Shown piece after piece: positions 1-9,424 of a stretch of DNA of 62,209 bases. Both the position numbers and the translations under genes were made by a program. Every line of letters starts with the position of its first letter. Position 1 is the first letter of the stretch. The stretch is taken from NCBI GenBank assembly GCA_964480695.1, contig CAYZPO010000001.1, forward strand, positions 2,160 to 64,368. Direction: 5' to 3'. The notes under the pieces are model-generated. The model had not been told where the DNA came from. It ran no database searches and saw nothing but the letters and a program-made list of their open reading frames with translations. The DNA is from an uncultured Gammaproteobacteria bacterium (GTDB lineage: Bacteria > Patescibacteriota > Patescibacteriia > UBA9934 > CAZDDW01).

Positions 1-756
1 ATTTTCTGCCGCAAATATTCTCTGCCAAAGTTCCATGAACATAAACGCCGAAACGATACTCAGAAGCAGAGCCATGGCAAAAAATGGGACTCCAGCGAAG
101 GCGAATAGATCGAAATGAGTCGAAGGAAGAGTTGCGAAGTCTACTCTCCCGCTGGTAAAAATAATTGGTACAATAAGGATCAAGATAACAACCATTATTA
201 CAAAAGAAAGTGCATCAGCATAGAAATTGCTCCGAAGTCCACCTATTGCCGTGTATACAATCGTAACAATTCCAGCAATGAGCAATATCACATTGAAACT
301 AATACCAGAAATGACTGTTCCCACCGCACCGATACCAACAAATTGAAGTCCAGTAACAAATAGATACCCAAAAATAACTACGATGGCAGCGACTAGACCG
401 ACGGAAGGGGACCCATAGATTTCTGTTAGGAGTTCTGGGACGGTACTTGCCTTGAATTGGTCCCCAAGCCGTTTGATTCTTCCCGCAAGAATCGCTAGCG
501 TCAGTGAAGTTGCGATAGAAACAACTACCATCGTTGTACCGAAACTAATTCCGGTCTCGTATCCCTCAGCTGCTACCGAAAGGAAGAACCCGGCACCGAC
601 ATTGGTGCTTACTATGCTCGCCACAAGAAAAGCCAGTTTCGTCGCCCTACTATTAACCAGGAATCCTGCCGTTCCTTGTCCTTTAGAGAAGTAGGTTGCT
701 ACTCCAAAGACCGCAACCAGATATATGATGACGATAATAGTATCTGCGATGTTCAT
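1..756 (-). CDS. Sodium:solute symporter (SSS) family transporter, N-terminal 252 codons; 3' end lies outside the window
   Basis: Absent from the ORF track because it has no stop inside the window. The reverse strand from ATG 756-754 reads MNIADTIIVIIYLVAVFGVATYFSKGQGTAGFLVNSRATKLAFLVASIVSTNVGAGFF... uninterrupted to nt 1. It is multi-TM, and the N-terminal pattern is typical of PutP/PanF-like SSS transporters. Confidence 0.6.
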   Translation of the reverse strand, partial: MNIADTIIVIIYLVAVFGVATYFSKGQGTAGFLVNSRATKLAFLVASIVSTNVGAGFFLSVAAEGYETGISFGTTMVVVSIATSLTLAILAGRIKRLGDQFKASTVPELLTEIYGSPSVGLVAAIVVIFGYLFVTGLQFVGIGAVGTVISGISFNVILLIAGIVTIVYTAIGGLRSNFYADALSFVIMVVILILIVPIIFTSGRVDFATLPSTHFDLFAFAGVPFFAMALLLSIVSAFMFMELWQRIFAAEN

Positions 757-761
757 ATTTC

Positions 762-1889
762 TCACGCTCCTTTCGCGGCTTCTTGTTGGTGTATTAACGG
801 AGCAGGCGCACTCTCTGGTCGGAAGTTCTTCGTCATATATAGATTCACAAATATCTGTTGTGCAAACACGGTTATTGCAAGCCACTTTGCTGGCATGACC
901 AAGTAGAACACAATAACGGTGAAGAGTAGACCCCAAGAAGCAAGGCGCTCAAAGATCTTTCTACCCTTGGAATTTGGTCCAAAGTGGAAAGCGTATAAGA
1001 GAACGGAAACCGCTGCTGTTGCGAGCGCCCACAGAACCACTGGTACTGCTAGAAAATATACTGAAAATGGAAGGTGGCTTTCGACCAAACTGTTGCAGAG
1101 GATGCTGGCCTTTTCCAGCTTTGTAACCGAGACCAACAGTAGCAATCCAAGCGAATAGTTCAACAGCACAATATGCCACACAATAAAATAGGGTATAATT
1201 AAATGAAATGGACTTGTAGCGGCAAGGACGACAGCCTTGAACACGCCAGTTAGAACTTCCGCAAGTCGAAGTTCCTTTTCTTCTTCTGCGTTCTCAGCGT
1301 TCCTTCTTTTTTCCCTCAGGGTTTCCATGCTGACATTGTACTTTTTTTTCCAATAAGTTATCGATGGGAATAGTTCTACAATTTTCTCGTCGAGATGCCC
1401 CCCTACAAATGTACAAATGTGACTCGCTTGTACTTGTACAGACAGTTTGATCATCACATAGTTCCAGACCCCACAACATATAGCAAATGCCGCAATCTTG
1501 TAGTAGATTTCATATTCTGTAATTGCTAACACGGGAGGAACTTGCTCTCGACCCAATCCCATATTGTCTATCAATTGAAGGAAGACCAGAAGAAGTGAGA
1601 ATATAACCGTAATATCAATCAGGATTTTCCCTATCGCCCACAGAGGTGAGCTTTCGGTCCTTCCCGACATCCGCTTGAAGCCGAGGAAACGAACAACCCA
1701 GTCCTGCGCAAAGAAACCCAGGACTACCAGGAGTATTGTTGCCTGGAAAAAGGAGTGAAACAACTCCTCAAAATGTGCGACTTTCAGCAGCAATCCAATG
1801 GTAGCAGCGTAGATAAAGCCGACAAAAGCATCCAAGGAACTCAAAGAGGGAGGAGTTTTTTCATCTACTAATGCAGTAGTGCTGCTCAT
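762..1889 (-). CDS. Polytopic membrane protein, family not recognised
   Basis: ORF 762..2006. Preferred start is ATG 1889 (MSSTTALVDEK...), preceded by a GAGGGGGTGA SD-like box. Many hydrophobic segments. Its stop is 5 nt upstream of the symporter start. Low GC. Confidence 0.55.
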   Translation of the reverse strand: MSSTTALVDEKTPPSLSSLDAFVGFIYAATIGLLLKVAHFEELFHSFFQATILLVVLGFFAQDWVVRFLGFKRMSGRTESSPLWAIGKILIDITVIFSLLLVFLQLIDNMGLGREQVPPVLAITEYEIYYKIAAFAICCGVWNYVMIKLSVQVQASHICTFVGGHLDEKIVELFPSITYWKKKYNVSMETLREKRRNAENAEEEKELRLAEVLTGVFKAVVLAATSPFHLIIPYFIVWHIVLLNYSLGLLLLVSVTKLEKASILCNSLVESHLPFSVYFLAVPVVLWALATAAVSVLLYAFHFGPNSKGRKIFERLASWGLLFTVIVFYLVMPAKWLAITVFAQQIFVNLYMTKNFRPESAPAPLIHQQEAAKGA

Positions 1890-2173
1890 TGTCACCCCCT
1901 CAAATGCACCCTCAAGTGGCATGAAAGACAACCGCTGTGAGTTGATTCTAGACCCAACTCCACACCAATCTTCTTCCCAATCGGTACACTCGTCAAGGCA
2001 GTACAAGCAACTTCGTTTATTTTATAAGTACTTATTTCTGCAAAGGGACTCCCTGTTCGAATCTCATGAAACGTTGAGAGTAACGGGGCTTTCGTTTGGC
2101 GTCGCCTTCTCGTATATTTGGCGACGTCCAGCCCATCTGGACCGCTCAAGCGAAGGAACCCAAACGACGCCCC

Positions 2174-3079
2174 ATGACGCTGAACGACCTCATCGACGAC
2201 TACCTCGCTCATCTACGGGATGACCGTGCCCTGGCCGAGCGAACCTTGCGCTCCTATGGTCAGGAGTTGAGGTTGTTCGCCAGTGTCGTTGGCGAAGGTG
2301 TGGCTGCCGATGAACTCTCCAGGGATCACGTACTCGCCTACCTGAACAAGGAAGGCCCGGACGGAAAACCGCTGAATCCATCGAGCCGCAACCGCAAGCT
2401 CATCGTGGTCCGCGGCTTCTGCACTTTTCTGAAAGAACGTGCGCACGCGCGTAAAGACGCTTCGGATGGGATCTCCTGGGCGCGCGTACCCCGGCAGGAA
2501 CGGCCAAGCCTCTCGTTGGCCGACTACCGAGCACTGCTGGATGCCCTGGACGCCATGAGGCTCCCGGCCTGGCGCCAGGTACGAGATCGATGCTTGGTTC
2601 AGCTCCTTTTTCACACCGGCATCCGCGTGGCCGAGCTCGTCGCCATCCATGAGGACCAGATGGACCTCGAGCACGCCGTGATCACCGATCTTCCCCGTAA
2701 GGGTGGTGGTGCTCAGACCATCCCGCTCAACCACGTGGCGGTGACTGAACTGAGGCGCTGGCTATCGACGAGGAACAAGCGAGACGCGCAGGACGAACAC
2801 GTGTTCATCGGCCGTACCGGCTCGGGGCTCGGTGTACGCCAGGTGGAACGTGTGACCAAGGCCCTGGGCCAGCAAGCCGAGATCCCGTTCCCGGTGACGC
2901 CTCACGTCATCCGGCACACCTTTGCCTCGGAGTTGGCCCGGTTGGGCGTGAACATGGAGATCATCCGCAGGCTCATGAACCACCGCAACATCGCCACCAC
3001 GAGCCGGTACACCCACGTCGGGCTGGATGCGCTCAGGGAGGCTGTGGAGTTACTTGGAGAGAAAACCGTTGACGCCTGA
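2174..3079 (+). CDS. Tyrosine recombinase, XerC/XerD-like (integrase 1)
   Basis: ORF 2096..3079; likely start ATG 2174 (MTLNDLIDDYLAHLRDD, typical SAM-like N-domain). C-terminal catalytic signature HVIRHTFASELARLGVNMEIIRRLMNHRNIATTSRYTHV. High GC. Confidence 0.85.
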   Translation: MTLNDLIDDYLAHLRDDRALAERTLRSYGQELRLFASVVGEGVAADELSRDHVLAYLNKEGPDGKPLNPSSRNRKLIVVRGFCTFLKERAHARKDASDGISWARVPRQERPSLSLADYRALLDALDAMRLPAWRQVRDRCLVQLLFHTGIRVAELVAIHEDQMDLEHAVITDLPRKGGGAQTIPLNHVAVTELRRWLSTRNKRDAQDEHVFIGRTGSGLGVRQVERVTKALGQQAEIPFPVTPHVIRHTFASELARLGVNMEIIRRLMNHRNIATTSRYTHVGLDALREAVELLGEKTVDA

Positions 3080-3262
3080 AGGTCGCCTCATATACGATGA
3101 GGCGACATCCAGGCATGGGAGGACCGAGGCGAGCATGAGGAATCCGGAGATGATGAGTCTTCACCTTCCAGGGTAGCAGTTCAGCACAGCCTGACAAGGC
3201 TGGGTTTCTGTTGGGTTATCCACAGCTTCGTCCCCCTCGGAGAGCAACCACCACCGAACAAG

Positions 3263-4852
3263 ATGAGGGAGAAAGGGATGAGGGAGAACAACGTACGGAT
3301 CTTGAGAAATCGGGGACGATGCGCCTTGGGGCTTGTGGTCATCCTGGCGATCACGCCGATGCTCATGGGCATCACCGCTCAGCGGTTGTACAAGGACGGC
3401 CAATCGCTCGAGGAGCAGGACAACCTCTACGCGGCTGCCCTGAGCTACATGGACGCGCTGGACCAGAATCCCAACCACCGCAAGTCCCAGGAAGCGCTCA
3501 ACCGTGTGGCCGAGGGAGCCTACGAGGAAAAGCTGGCTATTGCTGCGGAGTACGAGGGCCAAGGGCGCTTCGAGGACGCCTTAGAGGAGTACAAGGACCT
3601 TGAAGCCTTGGTCAAAGACCTGCGCTACTTCAATGCCCTCAACTTCTCCACTATCAGCGTCAACGACAAGATCTTGGAGATGAACAGCTCCGCGGCCGAA
3701 CAAGCGTACCAGCAGGGCGAGCAAGCGTTTGCCCAGGGGGACTGGGACAAGGCCCTGGACCGCTACGACGAGGCCCTGTTCTTCACAGCGGGCTACAAGG
3801 ACGCCGTAGACAAGCTGGCGACTTGTCTGTACCGCCTAGCCGAGCAGGATCTGGAGTCCCACAACTACCGCCAGGCAGCCAAGGGATTTGTGGACTCGCA
3901 CAAGGCAAAGGTCGTCCCTCCTGGCGATGCCGCCATGCGCGCGGCTGAGATCCACGCAGCCCTCGGCAACCACTTCATCGAGGCAGGATCTTGCCGCCAG
4001 GCGGTTGAAGAACTGACCATGGCGGACCAGCTGTCTGGCGGCCGAGTCGCCGATGACTTGGTCCGTGCTCGAGACTGCGCCACCTTTTCTGTGGCCATGT
4101 TGCCCTTCGACAATCCCACGGGCCGCAACCTTGCCGGCATGGCACTGGGGGAGCGTCTTGCAGACGCAACCTCTTCGAGGGTGCGCAAGGATGTCAGTGA
4201 GTACGTCAAGATCATGGAGCGCAGCGCCCTGGATGCCGTGCTCGTGGAAAAGGGACTCAGTGCCGTGGGCGTGTCGTCTTCGGCGGGAACTCGCTTGGAA
4301 GGGGTGGACTACCTAGTCGTGGGCAAGCTCACCCAGGTCCAGGTCGAGCATCCTGGGGACCAGCCTCAGACGCGGTCAGTCATGACCCGGCAACGCTACG
4401 ACTGCGTCAAGACCTCGAGCAGTGGCAATACCTACAACGACCACTGCTTTCGCGATGTGCCCGTGGAGTACACCTACCACTCGGACCACCTGGCTATCCG
4501 AGTCGCCGGTTCAGTCACGGTCGTGGATGTGGAGACAGGTGAGCAGGTGGGCTCCAAAGCCCTCGACGCTTCGGCTCGCGACTCTGTCGAATGGGCAGAC
4601 GCTTTCCGCAGGGCATCCAACCAAGAGTCGGTCACCGTGGTAGAGATCAATCGGAGGGGTGGGCTGGAGACCAGCGACTACGCAGTGCTTCACCTGGCCG
4701 AAAGGACCAGGACGCTGAGAAGCGAGGGTGAGCTCGCGTCTGATGTGGTGGAGCAGATCGCGCGAGATGCTGCCGGGGTTGTCGTTGGTTCGGTGGATAA
4801 TCCCGGACCGCTGAAGGATCCTGCCGAACTGAGCATCGCTTCGTTGCGTTAG
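3263..4852 (+). CDS. Membrane-anchored TPR-repeat protein with a C-terminal CsgG/LpoB-like domain
   Basis: N-terminal hydrophobic anchor (CALGLVVILAITPMLMGI), then TPR-like helices (AAALSYMDALDQNPNHRKSQEAL..., AEYEGQGRFEDALEEY...). The stretch FSVAMLPFDNPTGRNLAGMALGERLAD...IMERSALDAVLVEKGL...GVDYLVVGKL resembles the CsgG/LpoB-type lipoprotein fold. Confidence 0.5.
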   Translation: MREKGMRENNVRILRNRGRCALGLVVILAITPMLMGITAQRLYKDGQSLEEQDNLYAAALSYMDALDQNPNHRKSQEALNRVAEGAYEEKLAIAAEYEGQGRFEDALEEYKDLEALVKDLRYFNALNFSTISVNDKILEMNSSAAEQAYQQGEQAFAQGDWDKALDRYDEALFFTAGYKDAVDKLATCLYRLAEQDLESHNYRQAAKGFVDSHKAKVVPPGDAAMRAAEIHAALGNHFIEAGSCRQAVEELTMADQLSGGRVADDLVRARDCATFSVAMLPFDNPTGRNLAGMALGERLADATSSRVRKDVSEYVKIMERSALDAVLVEKGLSAVGVSSSAGTRLEGVDYLVVGKLTQVQVEHPGDQPQTRSVMTRQRYDCVKTSSSGNTYNDHCFRDVPVEYTYHSDHLAIRVAGSVTVVDVETGEQVGSKALDASARDSVEWADAFRRASNQESVTVVEINRRGGLETSDYAVLHLAERTRTLRSEGELASDVVEQIARDAAGVVVGSVDNPGPLKDPAELSIASLR

Positions 4853-4999
4853 CTTGCCCTGTAGTCCCCAAACTCAGCAGCAAGAGGTAAACCGCATGTG
4901 CTTCTTGGAAGGTGGGCTTGCAGTCAACTGAGGATAGTCAGCGGAGCGAACACCCGTCTCTCCATTTCAAGCTTGCTTTAGATGTGTTTGTTTCAGAAA

Positions 5000-6454
5000 T
5001 CATCCGGCTTGTGTCTCAGAACCAAGGGTCCAAACGCCACCTTTCTTGATCGAACTTCCTACTTCACTCTTCTCAGACACGTACTTCTCGGTTCTTCTAG
5101 CCTCTCTGAAAAGTGCCCTTTCCTTGTAGTATTTTGACCCTGTTCGGAAGGCAGCTGCAAGCGTAGTGTTTACGGCCGCAGCGGACAAGTTCCAAACGGG
5201 ACTATTCAACAGCCTACCTATGATATGTGGGGCGCTATAAAACTCTAAAATACAGCGTATTAGGCCATCTTCTAGCTCATTTGACGTCATTCTTTTTGGC
5301 TCAAACACAGAGTGAGCTGTATCGTATTTGCTCCAAGGATAACGCAGTCCAAACTTCGACTCGTTGGAGGTTTCAATATAGAGGCGTCCTTCTCTCTGGT
5401 ACTTACTAAACAGATTTGTTCCTGGGTATGGGGTTAGAATATGAAATGCTGCGGCCTCAAGTTTGGATTTTTTACAGAAATCTAAAGTCACATCGAAGAC
5501 ACTGCTATCTTCATTGTCAAATCCGAAAACAAATGATCCTTCAACCATTATTCCCTGGTCATGAACACGTTGAACGCAATCAACCAGATCCTGAGGTATT
5601 GCGTTTTTCAACCTCCAAATGTGCGACAGAGAATCAAAACCAATCATCATTCCTTTGCAGCCACTCTTTCCTATCTGTACAAGTAGGTTCTTGTCACGAC
5701 ATACGTTAACGGGTAGTTGGGCATACCAATCAACACCTGTCACTCCTATTTCTTGGATAAATTGTGCGAAATGAGGATTCTCAAATAAATTGTCATCCAA
5801 AATAAATATTCGCTTCGTCCGCGTACTCTTAATTTCATTCACCACATCTACAATGTCTCGCGCACGCAGCCCCTTTCCTGCTGTAATAGGAACAGAACAA
5901 AAAGGACATGTGTTCGGGCATCCTCTACTTGTTTGAATGGAAGCCCCCTGAAAGAGACTTTTTCCTCGTAGTAGTTTCCTGGATTGCATAGGGAAGTCAC
6001 GCGGGGTAACAAGATCAGAGCCTCCCGATTCGTTTGTATATAGGCTTCTATAATCTCCAGATCGAATATCATCAAGCACTACGTTCCACAGGTACTCGGC
6101 TTCGCCTTTTACTACAACATCGCAATATTTTTGTGCCTCCTCCGAACACACCGTAGGATGAATTCCGCCCAGCACGACGATACTGCCTTTTCGTCGGAAT
6201 TCCGCAGAAAGCTCATATGCTCGCTCGGCCATACAAGTCGAGACGGTGATTCCTACCACATCCCAGTGGCCTTTTTTGGGGATTGTCTCAACGCTCTCGT
6301 CAATGATTTCAACGTCCCAACACTCCGGCGTGATGGACGCCAGAGAAGTGAGAGTGTTTCGATAGATGTGGAAAATGCGTTTGCCAGCACGCATCATCTT
6401 AACTGGGATTACAATTTCTTTAGCAGGTGAAACCAGTAGCAGTTTCATTTGCAT
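5000..6454 (-). CDS. B12-binding-domain radical SAM enzyme
   Basis: N-terminal Rossmann-like B12-binding region (KLLLVSP..., VVGITVSTCMAERAYELS, VVLGGIHPT) followed by the radical SAM cluster motif SRGCPNTCPFCSV. ATG 6454 overlaps the upstream TGA by 1 nt (GTGATG). Low GC. Confidence 0.8.
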   Translation of the reverse strand: MQMKLLLVSPAKEIVIPVKMMRAGKRIFHIYRNTLTSLASITPECWDVEIIDESVETIPKKGHWDVVGITVSTCMAERAYELSAEFRRKGSIVVLGGIHPTVCSEEAQKYCDVVVKGEAEYLWNVVLDDIRSGDYRSLYTNESGGSDLVTPRDFPMQSRKLLRGKSLFQGASIQTSRGCPNTCPFCSVPITAGKGLRARDIVDVVNEIKSTRTKRIFILDDNLFENPHFAQFIQEIGVTGVDWYAQLPVNVCRDKNLLVQIGKSGCKGMMIGFDSLSHIWRLKNAIPQDLVDCVQRVHDQGIMVEGSFVFGFDNEDSSVFDVTLDFCKKSKLEAAAFHILTPYPGTNLFSKYQREGRLYIETSNESKFGLRYPWSKYDTAHSVFEPKRMTSNELEDGLIRCILEFYSAPHIIGRLLNSPVWNLSAAAVNTTLAAAFRTGSKYYKERALFREARRTEKYVSEKSEVGSSIKKGGVWTLGSETQAG

Positions 6455-8493
6455 CACCCTGTGACCTGTTGGCCAGTGCCCGTGGTCGTTGGTGTTTCCT
6501 TTTTTGATAGTATTTTCATCTGTCTATCTAGGAAATAACAAAACACTGTAACATAAATGGACAGTACACCGTATCCAATGGACAGCACGCCGAAACCAAA
6601 CCCATCGATTTGATTGCTGAGCATATTGAAACCCTGTACCCATTGAAGTTGATATGCATTTGTGAGTAGGCTTTCGATGCTGTTGTGGATAAACCAAAAT
6701 ACAAATCCAAGAAAAATGGCTACGAAGTGGAAGACGTACCAAACCTTGTTTGGAACTATAGATGCTTGAAGTGCAAATATTATTGCTACGATAACCGTTA
6801 CAGCCCAACCAAAAAACACACCCAACGAACCAAGTTGTGTTCGGTTTTGCCCTGGCTTCTCTACGAGAGAAAACCAAGAGACATCAATGTCACTACTACC
6901 GGAAAAAGTAATTCTCGTTCCTTCAATCGTCTCGATTGCTTCAATCACCTCAAATGGGGTAGATCCGACGAATTCCGCTAGCTCACAAACTCTGACAATT
7001 TCGTGCTTGGTTTCTGAAATGAAACGGAGCACGTAGGCGACTTCGGCTTCCAACTCAGTGAGCTGCGCACTCTGTACTGCGTGTACTAGGTCGTTGTGTT
7101 CCCTCCATGAGCCTTCGACTTTCTGAATTGCGGGCTTCAAGTATGCCGCACCGATATGAACTTCTATTTCATTTCCTGTAGATATGTTGAGTTCATCGAT
7201 ATTTGTTGAAGTAAGAAGGACGAGGACTAGAAGTAGTATCGTCCCTGCACCTCTGGCCAGAAACAGCCGCCGCCGCCGATTCCAGAAGCGTTTTTTTGAC
7301 AAGAAGTACTCGAGAGGATAGAACATCGACTGCTTGAGTCTCGGAATAGACAACGAAGTGAAAAAGAAAAAGACAAAATCCAAGACCAAAAAAGCAAACA
7401 GTAAGCCTAGTCCAAGCTCGAGGTACACAGCGATGAGTGGCATTGTTAGTGTTGCGGCCAGTTGCCAGCCAAAGTAACGCCTAACGCTTGTCGAGTATGC
7501 CCTCGACAACTCACCATTTAGAGTACTACCGTCAAGAAACTTGAGCCTACCTAGCTTGGACTGGTAGTAGCCTTCAATGTACTTTAGTAGATTGAAAACA
7601 AAGAAGTGCAATACGACGACGGCAACAACACCAACGGTCCGAAAAGAGTAGCTGATGGATTCCCACGGGAGCCACTCGTAGTCAGAAAATATAAAACCTC
7701 CCATGAAAAATGGGCAAAGAAACAGAACCACCACCGCAAATCCCCATCTAACGGTGTTGCTCTCCCACAGCGAGAATCTTTCAAAGAACTTCCATCGATG
7801 CGATAGCAAACCATATATATAGTCAAACAATATCATTACTACCGCTAAAATAATAATTGCGCACAAGAGATAGACTATTGTAGTAAACACAGACGTCGCC
7901 TCAATCACTCCAAAGACATAATCTGCGATTGTTATTGAGACTAGACCAACGATTGAAAGAAGAATTGGTATGAGATAAAGGAGGTACGGTATCCCCAGAA
8001 AGGCTCTAGTGGGTTTCTCTCCTCGCAAGACAACAAGTCGCCTATATGCACTGTTGAACAGTGGTATATAGATGTAATATGGCAGGAGAGCTAGAACCAT
8101 GATTGTTGAGACAACATTTGTTGGCGTCTGAACAATGTACCAGCACGAAACACAGAACCCAGCAGCAGATAAAACTAGCAATACTGCAAAGAGATAGTAC
8201 TTCTTGAGAAAGTCTGTAAGAGGCAATTTTTGTTGGAAAATATCTGGAGTGGCAAATTCTAGCTGGTGAGAAATGATGTAGATGAAGGGAAGAAAGAGCC
8301 CAGCATGAATCAGTAGCTTGAGGAGATCAATATTTGAGAATGGGATACGAGCGAGTTCTGTTCCACCAAAGGCCAAAGACAGTACTATTACGACGAAATA
8401 AAAACTCGCTCCTGTGGCACCCGAAAAGCAAATGCGTATTTGTTTGCCAATTCCCAATTCAGAAGACACATGTCCCTCCCAGCCAATGTGCAC
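6454..8493 (-). CDS. Large (679 aa) polytopic membrane protein with an internal soluble, winged-helix-like insert
   Basis: About 12 N-terminal and about 4 C-terminal hydrophobic segments flank a ~130-aa soluble region (..LTELEAEVAYVLRFISETKHEIVRVCELAEFVGSTPFEVIEAIETIEG..). Translationally coupled to the radical SAM gene. No family recognised. Confidence 0.6.
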   Translation of the reverse strand: MHIGWEGHVSSELGIGKQIRICFSGATGASFYFVVIVLSLAFGGTELARIPFSNIDLLKLLIHAGLFLPFIYIISHQLEFATPDIFQQKLPLTDFLKKYYLFAVLLVLSAAGFCVSCWYIVQTPTNVVSTIMVLALLPYYIYIPLFNSAYRRLVVLRGEKPTRAFLGIPYLLYLIPILLSIVGLVSITIADYVFGVIEATSVFTTIVYLLCAIIILAVVMILFDYIYGLLSHRWKFFERFSLWESNTVRWGFAVVVLFLCPFFMGGFIFSDYEWLPWESISYSFRTVGVVAVVVLHFFVFNLLKYIEGYYQSKLGRLKFLDGSTLNGELSRAYSTSVRRYFGWQLAATLTMPLIAVYLELGLGLLFAFLVLDFVFFFFTSLSIPRLKQSMFYPLEYFLSKKRFWNRRRRLFLARGAGTILLLVLVLLTSTNIDELNISTGNEIEVHIGAAYLKPAIQKVEGSWREHNDLVHAVQSAQLTELEAEVAYVLRFISETKHEIVRVCELAEFVGSTPFEVIEAIETIEGTRITFSGSSDIDVSWFSLVEKPGQNRTQLGSLGVFFGWAVTVIVAIIFALQASIVPNKVWYVFHFVAIFLGFVFWFIHNSIESLLTNAYQLQWVQGFNMLSNQIDGFGFGVLSIGYGVLSIYVTVFCYFLDRQMKILSKKETPTTTGTGQQVTG

Positions 8494-8631
8494 TAGCTCA
8501 TCTCAATGTCGGCGAATACCTCTCCAGTAATGCTATTCACTACGCAGAACCAGACTAACACATCGCACAAGTGTGAACCAATCGTTGATGTGGATCTGGA
8601 AATGAAAGTTACAAATAATAACGGTTATGAA

Positions 8632-8654
8632 AGGCACCACGTCACGTGGTGCCT
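8632..8654 (-). terminator. Palindromic hairpin overlapping the stop of the nuclease gene
   Basis: AGGCACCACGT-C-ACGTGGTGCCT has perfect 11-bp arms. On the minus strand it is followed by TTTCATAACCGTTATTATTT. Confidence 0.35.
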
Positions 8655-9424
8655 AGCAGTGGATTGCATCGTTTGCATGCATCCTTGAACTCACACTTCG
8701 GACAAGCCCAGGAAGGAACAGGGAAGAAAGACCGATTGCAGATCGCCTGATAGACCTCGAACGCGAGCTTCACGAACCAGCCCTCCTCGCGCTGACTCTT
8801 GCTGATCTCGAACTCTTCGAGCGCTGGTTTCTTGGTCTTGAGCAGCTCGACCACTGAGATCCTCGGCTCAGTGCCTGAGATCTGCCGCCAGGCATAGGAG
8901 TATCCAGACAGCTGAACTAGCCATTGGTAGCCGTTGGGATCGACCTTCTTGGCGGCCGTCTTGATCTCCCCGACCACGCCATCGTCCTCGATGAAGTCGA
9001 TGTAGCCAACCAGAGGAACGGCTAGCTCTTCGCCGGTGTCGTGATCGATGATGGGCACCTCGAAGCGCTCTTCGACCACGCTGAACGTTCGGTGGGCGAA
9101 CTTGGTCACGAACAGGCCCACGAGCGTCTCTCCAAGCTCCTGCAGGCTCTCTGGGGTCTGCTTTCCATCGAACGTCAGCCCACCTGGCGCAGTCTGCGCC
9201 GTCCAGTCCGCCCGAAAGATGCACAAGGTGCGATCAAGCGAAGGATGAGAGCCTTCCAGCCGTCGTCGGCTCCACCACTCGATGGTCGTGTGCACGGCCG
9301 AACCGAACGCCATGGCTGCTGCTTTGCGCTCAGGCTCAATGTGGTCGATGTAGCGGAAGCGGTACTTGCGAGGGCAGATGAGAAAGGTGTTGAGCTGGGA
9401 TACCGAGAGGTACTCAGGTCCCAT
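8642..9424 (-). CDS. PD-(D/E)XK nuclease, Cas4/RecB-like exonuclease with a C-terminal Cys cluster
   Basis: ORF 8642..9508; likely start ATG 9424 (MGPEYLSVSQLNTFLICPRKYRFRYI). Nuclease core GYIDFIEDDGVVGEIKTAAK. C-terminal CPKCEFKDACKRC plus the N-terminal Cys form the 4-Cys pattern of Cas4/AddB-type nucleases. Confidence 0.75.
   Translation of the reverse strand: MGPEYLSVSQLNTFLICPRKYRFRYIDHIEPERKAAAMAFGSAVHTTIEWWSRRRLEGSHPSLDRTLCIFRADWTAQTAPGGLTFDGKQTPESLQELGETLVGLFVTKFAHRTFSVVEERFEVPIIDHDTGEELAVPLVGYIDFIEDDGVVGEIKTAAKKVDPNGYQWLVQLSGYSYAWRQISGTEPRISVVELLKTKKPALEEFEISKSQREEGWFVKLAFEVYQAICNRSFFPVPSWACPKCEFKDACKRCNPLLGTT

Noticed and set aside
115-906. Plus-strand ORFs 115-363, 452-694 and 676-906
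   Set aside because: They are antisense to the uninterrupted symporter reading frame and the adjacent membrane-protein gene. Their products are low-complexity.
2040-2075. T-loop-like string GTTCGAATC at the left island boundary, considered as a tRNA remnant or att site
   Set aside because: The flanking bases cannot form a T-stem or acceptor stem, and there is no similarity to the tRNA-Glu or tRNA-Thr 3' ends. I could not identify the left att repeat.
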